Shown here: piece by piece, positions 10,301 through 20,052 of the stretch | How the letters are laid out: each line of letters opens with the position of its first letter | Numbering within the stretch: position 1 is the stretch's first letter | Assembly: GCA_963803805.1 (NCBI GenBank) | Contig: CAWDOD010000002.1 | Coordinates: 192,001 to 256,000 of the forward strand | From: an uncultured cyanobacterium | GTDB taxonomy: Bacteria > Cyanobacteriota > Cyanobacteriia > Cyanobacteriales > CAWCAG01 | Direction: 5' to 3' | Length of the DNA: 64,000 nucleotides | Notes under the pieces: model-generated | The model's database searches: none | What the model saw: the letters and a program-made list of their open reading frames with translations, nothing else | Told to the model about the DNA's origin: nothing | Position numbers and translations under genes: made by a program

Positions 10301-11408
10301 TGGCAGTACTTGGTTCTGTCTTACCTAGTTCATTGGCAATACTTAGACCACTAGCTGCTATATCTGCTGCTGTTGCCAACCCAAATAGACGGGGAGCATA
10401 TCTCTGAGTTGCTGGATTCAACGTAGCTACGATACCTAATACAGCTAGGGTCAAGGCTGCCCAACTCAACTCGCCAGATAATAAACCTAATACAGAGCTG
10501 CCATTGGTTTGCATTGTTCCATGGGCTTCCTCTAATTTCAGTGCGTTTGCCTCGTTCTCTTCAATTGCCCATTGAATCAAGCAAGGAGGATATTCGTTAT
10601 TGAACATGAAATTATAGATGGCAGCTTGTGCATCTTCGCCACCATATTCCATTTTGGAAGCACCTGGAGTTAAGTCTAATAACTTAAAGCGTCCAGAATT
10701 ATCGCTATTCCGACCTATGTAAAGTGAAAGAGGAGTTTTCTTCGTTTCCCCTGTTTCTTCCTCTTGTTCACCAAAGTGAATAGCCTTGATTGGAATGTCT
10801 TCGCCTTCTTTAATTTTCCCGATATTACTGTCAACTTGCTCTATGTGGTTTTGCCACTGTTCAAGGCGTTCACCTTCTTCTTTGTTGAGAACAGCCTGGC
10901 GGTACTGGGTTACGCCAATTAATTCACCGTCGCTATTGTATTCTTCACAAACAATGTGATAAACGTTTTTTTCGGCAATAATCCACCGTGCTTCTTCTCT
11001 TTCACTTTTGAGGTCATAAGCTTCTTTGCCTTCAATTTCTATTTGTTGAAAATCATGGAAGATGGCAACATTAACTGGTGTTTCTGGGAGGACATACCAA
11101 CGTCTGCTCTGAGCATTTTGGTTAGATGTTAGTTTGTAGGTATGATACTCATGGTTAGGAGCAGGTTTAATAACTGCTGGATTAGGGCCACTATTGGTGA
11201 TGTATGTTTCACCAGCTTTTTGCTCTTTAACTCCGTATTTCCCTAGCTCAAGATTTTTCAGTTCTAAGTTGGTTCGGAATGTGATATAGTCTTTTTCTTC
11301 TAGTTCCTCTAAAGCATTACCTGGATTGGGACAGTGTTTTTTCTTCTCTTCTTCAGGGCGTTCTACCAAGGAATGCTCACGCTCTGGCTCTGGCTTTTGC
11401 CCTCTCAA
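7380..11408 (-). CDS. Large putative toxin/effector (hydrophobic helices, low-complexity linker, nucleotidyltransferase-like C-terminal domain); lacks an ATG start
   Basis: 1342-aa ORF; hydrophobic segments LSWAALTLAVLGIVATL and LAVTGGFLALGAAGA; motif GSEQPTSDYDV..FDTNVY; lies in a toxin-immunity context. Confidence 0.65.
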   Translation of the reverse strand: MRGQKPEPEREHSLVERPEEEKKKHCPNPGNALEELEEKDYITFRTNLELKNLELGKYGVKEQKAGETYITNSGPNPAVIKPAPNHEYHTYKLTSNQNAQSRRWYVLPETPVNVAIFHDFQQIEIEGKEAYDLKSEREEARWIIAEKNVYHIVCEEYNSDGELIGVTQYRQAVLNKEEGERLEQWQNHIEQVDSNIGKIKEGEDIPIKAIHFGEQEEETGETKKTPLSLYIGRNSDNSGRFKLLDLTPGASKMEYGGEDAQAAIYNFMFNNEYPPCLIQWAIEENEANALKLEEAHGTMQTNGSSVLGLLSGELSWAALTLAVLGIVATLNPATQRYAPRLFGLATAADIAASGLSIANELGKTEPSTANITIDVLGIVSGLLDGLLAIRAISQGDNFRIRNIEKFLTITPVALDAGATVIITVEAGNQIEKILDSESSRNEKFGQILRILSSLAVTGGFLALGAAGARRELNGGPNPNSSSSGTVTGNQGNTPGTEANTGVSVETDAQPGSGTANQDSTANQGDLNSQTGDAGVVETDQQLSSETVTDNQGNTPEIEGNTGVGDQSGNTPDSGTTNQDLTEDTEVGDQSQEVPDSGTSTANQENTSATGDTVVGVETGQQPGSEASTVNQENLVDNQTITRLSQEYPDETFEVGSDSKFVEINGVLELTPTELNNLRNEETLGRLITAVKDNDRGFFRDRIDVTTNRERLSDVELRAYMDHFDNDWKTILKQVYTEGRNEKLMLQLTRFRKKTFDRMYGQAVSLINARNRPSAQEFDPVAAGSEQPTSDYDVTFSGAKSVEVEAVIEFNRQFRNEFGKESGTVFDTNVYTTGHMPSSAMGNRLKEVIALRKLEEYLKLPTDLAEKRLELAEMPEIGIPEGSPPYRELAKEIEEMEELLPVREEKIRAKVKEINDLRSENSEAQLAIDQKLPEDINQLDAEEIGEQVEEVRKRLVQEVEVERVKNRVSPEAQRQILADQEVMALLKQRRNMSAEEWLRYKNQLLENVNPDLRDVTEARLDKVDETYGRAIDKLNETIVQLNQTRKAGEIQVRDSNNAPETDPAKIKAVNEDAELEAYNRLYEKYLVEGQEIRERLEELRDSRSNYDADVVPEELSAEIDQLTLQLNELQSKALFFSNEAYHTGPAAEHVVLGQQLQLRVPLEVDEYLVSINEQLGFAMEQATEGKTLGKALWKSSKYMDRVNNALAKIKEKYSDSYDPVFDSDTQAEIKKMKDLFDELILIKKEKGKYFEMSEKQKGDAAEQEANNQGFGVSSIEQLRQRFVDFNVKINSQLRNARQGQYDTSPSELDTWLRYEPIPETSQTPEQQNLAQKPRNIIELPEFG
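9510..9965 (-). repeat. Intragenic degenerate peptide repeats (T/N/Q/G/S-rich linker)
   Basis: TVTGNQGNTPGTEANTGV / TVTDNQGNTPEIEGNTGV; VETDAQPGS / VETDQQLSS / VETGQQPGS; GDQS..PDSGT twice. Confidence 0.8.
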
Positions 11409-11461
11409 TCTTTGAGCGAGAACATTTGACTCAGATTCAATGCAATCAATTGGCTTAGTAA

Positions 11462-11899
11462 TTAATTAGCAAATTCGTTTTGGAATTTTGAAAGAGAATT
11501 GTATAAATCCTTCTTAACTGAATCATCAGACGAAAAATTACAGACATAAACGTTGTAGATTCTTTCAACTTCTTTTAAAATCGCCTTAGTTAGTTCTTGT
11601 TGACTAGACTTATTAATGATTTTCTGCGAATTTGTCATGAATGAAAAGTTATTATCTTTGTCTTTAAATAACCAAGGCTCAAACCCACTATCAATCCCCA
11701 ACGGCAATTGTGCTTGAGTTTGATTAGTTGTGATAAATTTCTCAATGCAATATAAAAGTTGACAGAGTGAGACAAATATCATGACCGAGCTTTTTGTAGA
11801 CAAGCTACCATACTCACCACTAAAAGTTATATGACCCTGAGAGTAACCATCTATTGGCTCCTGATCATCTTGTAATACTTTGATTTTTACTGATAGCAC
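11462..11899 (-). CDS. Putative immunity protein for the DUF4157 toxin
   Basis: 145-aa ORF whose GTG start directly abuts the TAA (11900-11902) of the reconstructed toxin. Confidence 0.7.
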   Translation of the reverse strand: MLSVKIKVLQDDQEPIDGYSQGHITFSGEYGSLSTKSSVMIFVSLCQLLYCIEKFITTNQTQAQLPLGIDSGFEPWLFKDKDNNFSFMTNSQKIINKSSQQELTKAILKEVERIYNVYVCNFSSDDSVKKDLYNSLSKFQNEFAN

Positions 11900-12124
11900 T
11901 TATTCACTCCTTACAGGGAAAGCTGTAACTACTCTTCCATTGTTTCCAGTGTCTATTACTACTCTTATTCTGTCACGACGACCATTGACTTTAATTCTCT
12001 TTTCAAATATTTGAAGCGTTTGTTGTGGGTTAGATATCCTCGTACCTTTCTTCACAACTACTTGAATCGCCTCTTCTATCTGAGCGCGAGTTGTACCTGG
12101 AGGAAAAAAATCGGTTGTTGAACC
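11900..12124 (-). pseudogene. Severed 3' end of the DUF4157 toxin gene (nuclease-like tip)
   Basis: Reads TTDFFPPGTTRAQIEEAIQVVVKKG...IRVIVDTGNNGRVVTAFPVRSE* in frame with 13137-15704 once the IS and one target copy are removed. Confidence 0.9.
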
Positions 12125-13136
12125 ACGTGAGTTCGATGAAGTTAAAAAACAGCAGAAGGAAGTTCAGCTAGGCCTTTGGGGTCAAGGTCAAGGGAAGGCT
12201 TTTTGGGCAAGAAAGTATAAGCGATTAGACCAGCTAAGAGATTAACCAAAAAATTCCAAACGCTACGGTGTCTTGAATGCTGAATCTGACAGATATTCTT
12301 GAGCTGGTCATTAACAGTCTCAATCAGAGAACGCTTACGTAGGAGAATCTTATCCTGAAGACGCATTAACTTCGGCTTCATATTTTTCTTGCGGTGTGTA
12401 ATCAGTTGTAGTCTTTGTTCATAGAGTTTCTCAAACAAATCCTGAGAAATATAACCTCGGTCGCCAAATAACTTACCAATCAAGCCATCAGCCATATCTG
12501 GCACAGGGTTACGGTCATCAGTATTACCCTCTGTAAGTTTGAAAGCAAGCAGCTCACCTTTGTCATTAATAATTAGATGTAGCTTGAAGCCATAATGCCA
12601 TCCCATAGCATTTTTGCCCCAACCTACCAAACCTTCAAAAACACGGTGGCTTTTGGAGCGATTCGGGTGGCAGACCTCAATGGGGGTAGAATCAATAAAG
12701 CTGATGCCGGTAATTTCTCCTCGAAGAGTATGTAGAAAACAGCAAAGAAGCATTAAGCTCCACGGCATTAGCTCTACGAATCGAGTGTAACTGACCAAGT
12801 TGGGAAAAGCTTTCTTCCAGTAAGGCAAGACTTGTAGAGTGTAAAATTCTTTAAAAGTGCGAAATCCCGAACCATGAAAGGCAATGACAATGGTCATCAC
12901 TTCGCTTAGGCTTAGGCGGGAGCGACATAGACGCTCTCCACAAGTTGCTGTTAACATTGGCTGTTGTTGCCAATGCCTCTCAAACCTTTGATAAAAGTCA
13001 TCTACCTGACAGAATATTTGGGTGATATCGAGACGAGATACAATATTGGACATAGCATCAGATTCTGATTAAGATTCATTTTCAGCATACCTCTGATGCT
13101 TTTCTTTTCTCTCTTTTTCCTCCGTCGAACTCACGT
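12125..13136 (-). mobile_element. IS982-family element
   Basis: Inverted repeats ACGTGAGTTCGA (12125-12136, 13125-13136); 6-bp target duplication TGAACC (12119-12124, 13137-13142). Confidence 0.95.
12142..13053 (-). CDS. IS982-family transposase
   Basis: FIDSTPI, YGFKLHL, GDRGY, RSLIETVNDQLK motifs; intact 303 aa. Confidence 0.9.
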   Translation of the reverse strand: MSNIVSRLDITQIFCQVDDFYQRFERHWQQQPMLTATCGERLCRSRLSLSEVMTIVIAFHGSGFRTFKEFYTLQVLPYWKKAFPNLVSYTRFVELMPWSLMLLCCFLHTLRGEITGISFIDSTPIEVCHPNRSKSHRVFEGLVGWGKNAMGWHYGFKLHLIINDKGELLAFKLTEGNTDDRNPVPDMADGLIGKLFGDRGYISQDLFEKLYEQRLQLITHRKKNMKPKLMRLQDKILLRKRSLIETVNDQLKNICQIQHSRHRSVWNFLVNLLAGLIAYTFLPKKPSLDLDPKGLAELPSAVF

Positions 13137-15704
13137 TGAACCTGAAATAGTTCCCGTAATATGTCTTCCCTCAATGTGAATCCATCCCCATCTGTTAGTT
13201 CCATCTTCTAATCGGGGTGTTCCTCTCCAAGGGGGAGGAGTACTTCCACTAGTTGCTCCTGTTCCTCCACTAATAGTGAAAACACCGCTAACTAAATCTA
13301 CTAGGTCTTCAGCTAGATTGCCCGTCGCTTCAACAACAACACTTCCTCCATGCACAGAAATTGCTGCGCCACCAGCAATAGCAGGAGCGCCGGCGATACA
13401 ACCTATTCCAGTTATACACAAAGAGCCACCGCCTGTAATTGCACCGCCCCCGGCAATTATCTCCAAAATACCTGTAACAGTAGCACCCAAATCTCCGGCT
13501 GTTCTTCCTGCTTCAAACGGCCCGCTTTTCGGAAGTGATTCCTCTAATACTTCTAAGTCTTCGCTAACTGTAGAAGTTCCCAAAGAAACTACTTCTAGTA
13601 CCCATCGTCCTGATTCTCCATTATTACGCAACCATTGATAGAAAGCTCCTGCAACAAACAAGGCAGGGCCGCGACTGATATTCTTCATTCGAGAAAGTAG
13701 GTCTTCAACACCACTACGCTCTTGTGGAGTTAGAACACTCACTGCATTTAAAGTTTCTTGAACTTGCGGGTTTAGCTGTCCTATTTGACCTTTGATATTC
13801 GCATCTTGGAGCCGATTAGTAATCTCAGGGTAATAACTTACCATTACTGAGTTCCGTAAGGCTCGATAAAACTTTTGCTCAGCTTCAGTTGCAGGATTCC
13901 TGTGATTGGTTACAGCCTCAAAGATATTTAAAGCACGCTCACGAATGTTTGCTTGTGTACCTTTGTTGGGATCACGATCATTTGCTGGAAGATTCTCAAA
14001 ATACTCCTGTAGAATTGGCTGTTGCTCAGGAGTTCCCCCTACCGCTTGTTGAGCATTACTGTCCCAATAAACTAAGACAGCACGACGAATAGAATCTCTG
14101 TCGATAGGCATCCCTTGGGTATGTTGGAACCTCGCAGCAATCTCGTTAACTTTGTTTTCTATGTTACGGATTTTCTCATTGCCTCTTTCGCTTTGGGCAA
14201 TGTCAGTTATGATTCCTGTGAAAAGATCACGGTAGGTAATGTCTTGCTCCAGGTTTAAAGCTACTGGTTGCTCTGAAGGAACAATTGTTTGGTTTAGTGC
14301 ATTTACATCATTGCGGCTATTTCGCCTACGCCTAATCCTTTCTTGAAGTTGAGCCTTACTAACAAGATGGCGCTCTACCAATGTATAAAGAATAGCTTGA
14401 GACAAATCTCCAGCACCGTTTTGCTGAGTAATTCCTCCATATATTTGACTCATTTGTTCCCACAAGGGTGTATTTTCCCATCTTCCTCCATGCTGTTTAG
14501 CATATTCGTTTAAGACGGCATCGAGTTCAGCAATATATTCTGGATTATTGTTGCTAGTAATTTGATCTGATTGCTCAAAATACTCTCTCTGCTGCTCAAA
14601 GTTTTCGGTTGAATCACCACAAATTCCGTGCATTACCTGAACAGTTCTAGTTCCGTCAAGGTTGAGATTTTCACTTGCCTGTATTAATACTCCTCGAGAA
14701 CCTGGAGTGCATCCTGATCCTAATATGACACCGAGTTGTTCTGCTGCGTAGTTTATGCTGCTTTCTGGAGTCTCTGATCGTCCAGGTGGAACTCTAATAA
14801 CTTGTGAATTGGCTTGAGCAATAAGATTCTGACCGCCAGGGTTAGGATTTTCATCAGGAACTAGTTGAACCTTTGTTCTTGTTGGTTCAGATGACTTTAA
14901 CAATGGCTCAGTCAGTTCATTTTCACGGGCATTCTGGGTTTTCTGTACGGTAGTTTCTTCTTCTTTTTTTTCTTCCTTAGCCTGAACCCCCTTATCCCCA
15001 GCCCCACCCTGCTGGACAACATGAGTAAGTTCATGGGCAATCAACTCCTGTCCACTCTCATTGTCAGGATTATATTCACCCTGCTTAAAAAAGATATCCT
15101 GCCCCGTAGCAAACGCCCGTGAATGCAATGAGCGATTCAACTGATTAGCATTACCATCTGTATGTACCTTTACCCTACTAAAATCCGCACCAAATGCCTC
15201 CTCCATTGGCTCTTTGATACTCTCAGCTAACCCCTGCCCACTACCTCTAGAACCCTGAATAGTCTGCTCTATAGCTGGAGTTACCCCTCCTCCACCAACT
15301 CCACCTCTACGCATCACTGTAGGTTTCGCTACTGGTTCAACTTTACTTTGTACTGCTTGCTCAGAAACAGGAGAGTTGATCTGTTCTACTACTTTGGCTG
15401 CTGTAGCATCCGCTTCCTGCTCATATTTATCCCCAACTTCCCCTACTGTTAGTTTTGTTTGTACTTCTGTGGTTTCTTCTTGGCTCTTAGCTTCACTTGC
15501 TTGAGATTGCCGTCTCAGAGCCTCTCTGATCAGAAAATTAGGGATTCCCTGAGAAACAGGTGGATTCTTCCAGCGACTCCCTTTTTTCTTTGACTTGCTA
15601 GACCTTTGAATACCCACATCCGGAGGCTCAAAAGAAGGAGACTTACTAGAGGAAGTAGCAGGGGGTGTCCAATGAGAAGATTTTTGGATGCGGGCTTTAC
15701 TCAT
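13131..15704 (-). pseudogene. DUF4157 (eCIS core domain) polymorphic toxin, interrupted by IS982
   Basis: GDKYEQEAD, MEEAFGADFSRVKVHT, RAFATGQDIFF, LIAHELTHVVQQ motifs; Gly-rich hydrophobic pre-toxin segment; tip begins GWIHIEGRH; the current stop is supplied by the IS end. Confidence 0.9.
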
Positions 15705-15728
15705 GAGTCTCTAATTATTTGATAAATA

Positions 15729-16723
15729 TAGTTATTTTAATTAAGTTTGAGACAATAAGGAGGTAAAATGAAAAGAGTATATTTATAATAGCTCAACATA
15801 ATGCCATACAGTCTAGATTTAAGAAAAAAGGTCATAAAATATATAGAAGATGGTGGAAAGATTAGGGAAGCAGCAAAAGTCTTTAACATTGGAAGAGCGA
15901 CAATATACAGATGGTTAGAGCGTGAGAATCTGGAAGCCACGAAGGTAGAACGCCGTCAAAGAAAACTGGATTGGAAAGCATTAGAACAAGATGTCAAAGA
16001 AAATCCAGATGCTAAACTATCGCAAAGAGCCAAGAAATTTGGGGTAAATCCAAGTGCGATCTTCTATGCTCTCAAAAAAATGAAGATAACTAGGAAAAAA
16101 AAAGAACTTCGTTATCGAGAAAGAAACAGACTTGAAAGAATTAAGTATTTAAGAGCATTAAGAGAATTAATAAAAATCTACGGAAGTGAAAGCCTAGTGT
16201 TTATTGACGAGTCAGGATTTGAGGAGATGCAGTCGGTGCATTATGGATGGTCAAAAAGCGGTGTGACCCCGCGTCGGCGTAAGACGCAAGGGAACGCACA
16301 CCAAGAAAGGCAAAAACTGTATGGAGAAAAACAAGGTAAACGAGGTAAAAGAGAGAATCTAGTAGCTGGTAGAAGAAAAAAGTCAAAAAACTTAATAGCC
16401 CCAATGTTGTTTAGAGGAAGTCTGAATGCAGAAGGATTTGAAGGATGGTTAAGGAAGTATTTATTACCATCATTAACCATAGCGTCGGTACTAATTATGG
16501 ATAATGCACCAATTCATAGGAAAAGAATGATTAGAGAGTTAGTGAAAGAAGCAGGTCATGAAGTATTATTCTTGCCGAAATATTCTCCTGACTTCAATGA
16601 TATTGAGCATGATTTTAGTGCTTTAAAGAGAGGAAGAATGTATGCAGATTCTGGAACATCTGTAGATGAAATTATTCGTAACTATTGTGCAGCTTAATGT
16701 CTCATTGTTATTTAAAATAACTA
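15729..16723 (+). mobile_element. IS630-family element
   Basis: Imperfect ~26-bp inverted repeats TAGTTATTTTAA..TGAGACA flanked by duplicated TA (15727-15728, 16724-16725). Confidence 0.9.
15801..16697 (+). CDS. IS630-family transposase with in-frame palindromic insert
   Basis: MPYSLDLR HTH, FIDESG, MDNAPIH, LPKYSPDFNDIE motifs. Confidence 0.9.
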   Translation: MPYSLDLRKKVIKYIEDGGKIREAAKVFNIGRATIYRWLERENLEATKVERRQRKLDWKALEQDVKENPDAKLSQRAKKFGVNPSAIFYALKKMKITRKKKELRYRERNRLERIKYLRALRELIKIYGSESLVFIDESGFEEMQSVHYGWSKSGVTPRRRKTQGNAHQERQKLYGEKQGKRGKRENLVAGRRKKSKNLIAPMLFRGSLNAEGFEGWLRKYLLPSLTIASVLIMDNAPIHRKRMIRELVKEAGHEVLFLPKYSPDFNDIEHDFSALKRGRMYADSGTSVDEIIRNYCAA

Positions 16724-16970
16724 TACGTCTGGGTTATAGTTTGAGACAATAACTGCTATCTCTCCTTAATTGAGGAGAAGATTCCCTTAACCGGATATAG
16801 GATTAATTTTTAGTGGCGATGATTTTTCTTTTGCTGCTGATTCTACTAGATGGGAATTGATTTAGCAATCTTTTGGCTCTTTTTAGCCAATAATCTGCGT
16901 ATAAGTATTGAAGCAAACTCTATCAAACTGTGTAAGTATATATGGTTAAATCTCCCAGCCAGCAATTTCT

Positions 16971-18991
16971 ATGTCTACCAAGGTTACTGATGCTCAGAGT
17001 CCCCTAAACTCAGATTACTTGATGACTGCTTTGAGTCCTATTTACCAAAGCTTAATTAACTTTACTCAAAGGCAATCAGGAAAAGATGTTGATGAACAAC
17101 CAGTTGATGTGAGTTCTCAACTAGCAGCAATTTCTGCTTCTGCCGCTACTGTTCCCCACTTAGAAAAGCTTTGTACAATTTTTGAGCTTTCTAGTTTTGA
17201 GCGGGATGTTCTTTTACTATGTGTTTGCCGAGCAGTTTTTCCTGATGTCCCTTATTTGTTGAGTTTGGCTCAGCGCCGTGATGAGTTTGATTTTGTCACT
17301 TTTGGTTTAGCTCTACAATTATGGGAAAATACTCACTGGCAAGCAATTCTGCCCCGTTCTCCTCTACGTTACTGGCAGTTGCTGCTGGTTGGGACAAAGC
17401 AAGAAGATGTGACTCTGGCTCCTTTGCGTATTGATGAAGCTATCTTGCATTATCTGATGGAAGAAGATTACTATGACCCCTATTTAGAAGGAGTTATTGA
17501 ACCAATAGCTATTGAGATACCTCATCTCCCTTCTTCCCATGAGGAGATTGTCAAGAGCATCACTAAGGCTTGGTCTAATGTATCTACTTTATCTGGTGAT
17601 GATACTCTCCCAGTTGTACAGTTGTGTGGAGATTCGATTAGCGCTAGCAAAGAGATTGCTCAGGCAGTTTGTGAGGAGCATAATTATCTTCTTTACTCCA
17701 TAGAGAGTGATAGTTTGCCTGTCAGTAATGATGAGTTCTCTTTTTTCCTGCAACGGTGGCACAGACAAGCTCGATTAGTTAATGCTGTTTTGTTGTTGGA
17801 TTGCTCTGGTATTTCTTCTGAAGATAGAATCAGACAAAAGGCAATTTCTCGGTTGCTGAAGAAGGTGAAAACACCTTTGCTTGTTTGTAGCCAGATCAGG
17901 ACAAGTTTAGGTCATGGTGAGGTGGTTATTTTTGATGTACCCTCCTTAAGTCATGGTGAACAGTTAGCTATGTGGCAAGCTAGTTTGGGTGAGGTGAGTT
18001 CTTTGCTTAATGGTACTGTGGAGTCTTTGGTGACTAGTTTTAACCTCAATGGGGCAACCATTCAAAATGCTTGTTCTACAGTTATTAGTCCCACTGAGGC
18101 ACAACAACCAACTCCTTTAGCAGAGCAGTTGTGGTCTTTTTGCCGTAGCCAAGCCCGTCCTCAGTTGGATGATTTGGCTCAACGGATTTCGAGTGAAGCG
18201 CAATGGGATGATTTGATTGTGCCACAGAAGGTGAAGAGGTTGTTACAGGAGTTGCTGACTCAGGTACGACAAAGGGCTACGGTTTATCAGCAGTGGGGTT
18301 TGGCTAAAGGTAGTGGTCGAGGTTTGGGAGTTAGTGCTTTGTTTGCAGGAGAGAGTGGGACAGGGAAGACTTTGGCGGCTGAGGTGTTGGCTAATAAGTT
18401 TGGTTTGGATCTTTACCGTATTGATTTGTCTCAGGTGGTGAGTAAGTATATTGGGGAGACGGAGAAGAATTTGGAACGCATTTTTCGTGCTGCGGAGGGA
18501 GGGGGAGTAGTTTTGCTGTTTGATGAGGCGGATGCTCTTTTTGGTAAACGTACAGATGTTAAAGATAGTCATGACCGTCACGCTAATGTGGAGGTGAGTT
18601 TTCTGTTGCAGAGGATGGAGGCTTACCAGGGTTTAGCGATTTTAACGACAAATTTGAAAGATTCTTTAGACCGGGCTTTTTTACGTCGTTTGCGTTTTAT
18701 TGTTGATTTTCCTTTTCCTGATGTTGAAAGTCGGAGTAAGATTTGGCGCAGGATGTATCCCCCACAGACCCCAACTAGGGTTTGGATTATCAAAGGTTGG
18801 GTCAGTTGGCGATGACGGGGGGCAATATTCGTAATATTGCTTTGAATGCGGCTTTTTTGGCTGCTGAGAGTGAGAGGGTGGTGATGATGAGGCATATTCT
18901 GGCAGCAGCAAGCGCTGAGGCGATGAAGTTAGGGAGAAGTCTGAGCGATCGCGAGACTCATGGTTGGAATTCTTCCCGTTATGATTTTTGA
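16971..18991 (+). pseudogene. Afp15/Pvc15-like AAA+ ATPase, frameshift near 18777-18781
   Basis: Walker A GESGTGKT, Walker B LLFDEAD, VVSKYIGETEKNL, DSHDRHANVE; C-terminus GLDYQRL..GGNIRNIALNAAFLAA continues in another frame. Confidence 0.85.
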
Positions 18992-19047
18992 TTGCCTACT
19001 CTCTTTGAATGAGAAGATATGTACCGAATTAAAAGCAATTCCATCTT

Positions 19048-19989
19048 TCAAGCAAACCGCTCTGTTGCAGCAATTAAAGCACTACGAATACCTGTTTCCG
19101 TCATAGAATGTCCAGCATCGGGAACGACGATAAATTCTGCTTCTGGCCAAGCTTGATGTAACTCCCAAGCACTTACCATGGGGCAGACTACATCATAACG
19201 CCCTTGGACAATAACCCCCGGAATATGGCGGATAGAATTAATATTTTGTAGAAGTTGGTTTTCATCTTTCAGGAAACCACCATTGATAAAATAGTGACAT
19301 TCAATTCTGGCAAAAGCTTCAGCAAAGCGATCTGCACCAAAATTTTTGATTAGTTGGGGAGATGGTAACAACTTACTCGTACTAGCTTCCCATATTGACC
19401 AAGCCCTTGCTGCTTCTTGGCGGATTTGAGGATCTTCACTAGTTAACCTTTGGTAATAAGCAGAGATTAAGTCTTGGCGTTCGGCAACAGGAATGGGTTT
19501 GAGATACTCCTGCCAAGCTTCTGGGAAAATCTGACTTGCTCCTTCTTGATAAAACCACAATAATTCTTTGCGGCGCAACATAAAGATGCCTCGCAGAATT
19601 AAACCTAAACAATTTTCTGGGTAAGTTTGACTGTAAGCCAGAGAAAGAGTGCTACCCCAACTACCCCCAAACACCACCCATTGACTAACTTGCAAATGTT
19701 GGCGAATCTTTTCAATATCCTCAACTAAATCCCAAGTAGTATTTTCTCGTAACTCCGCATGAGGAGTACTTTGACCGCAACCCCGTTGATCAAAAATAAT
19801 GATTCGCCATTTTTGAGGGTTAAAATATTGGCGATAAACGGGTACAATTCCCCCTCCAGGGCCACCATGAAGAAAAATAACTGGCTTACCTTGAGGATTT
19901 CCTGATTCTTCCCAGTGGATGCGATGTAACTCAGAAACCTGTAAGTTTCCTTGGCGATAAGGTTGAATTGGGGGATAAAGTTCTTTCAT
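19048..19989 (-). CDS. pip: Proline iminopeptidase
   Basis: HGGPG, GGSWG, QGRYDVVCP, DAGHS motifs. Confidence 0.95.
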   Translation of the reverse strand: MKELYPPIQPYRQGNLQVSELHRIHWEESGNPQGKPVIFLHGGPGGGIVPVYRQYFNPQKWRIIIFDQRGCGQSTPHAELRENTTWDLVEDIEKIRQHLQVSQWVVFGGSWGSTLSLAYSQTYPENCLGLILRGIFMLRRKELLWFYQEGASQIFPEAWQEYLKPIPVAERQDLISAYYQRLTSEDPQIRQEAARAWSIWEASTSKLLPSPQLIKNFGADRFAEAFARIECHYFINGGFLKDENQLLQNINSIRHIPGVIVQGRYDVVCPMVSAWELHQAWPEAEFIVVPDAGHSMTETGIRSALIAATERFA

Positions 19990-20052
19990 TGGTTTTTGTT
20001 TAACTGCGTAAGTCTGACATTATTGTTATCCTGAAACTATAGTTTCCCGGCT

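Noticed and set aside
16094-16103. Programmed frameshift at the A-run of the IS630 transposase
   Set aside because: The ORF already reads through in frame here.
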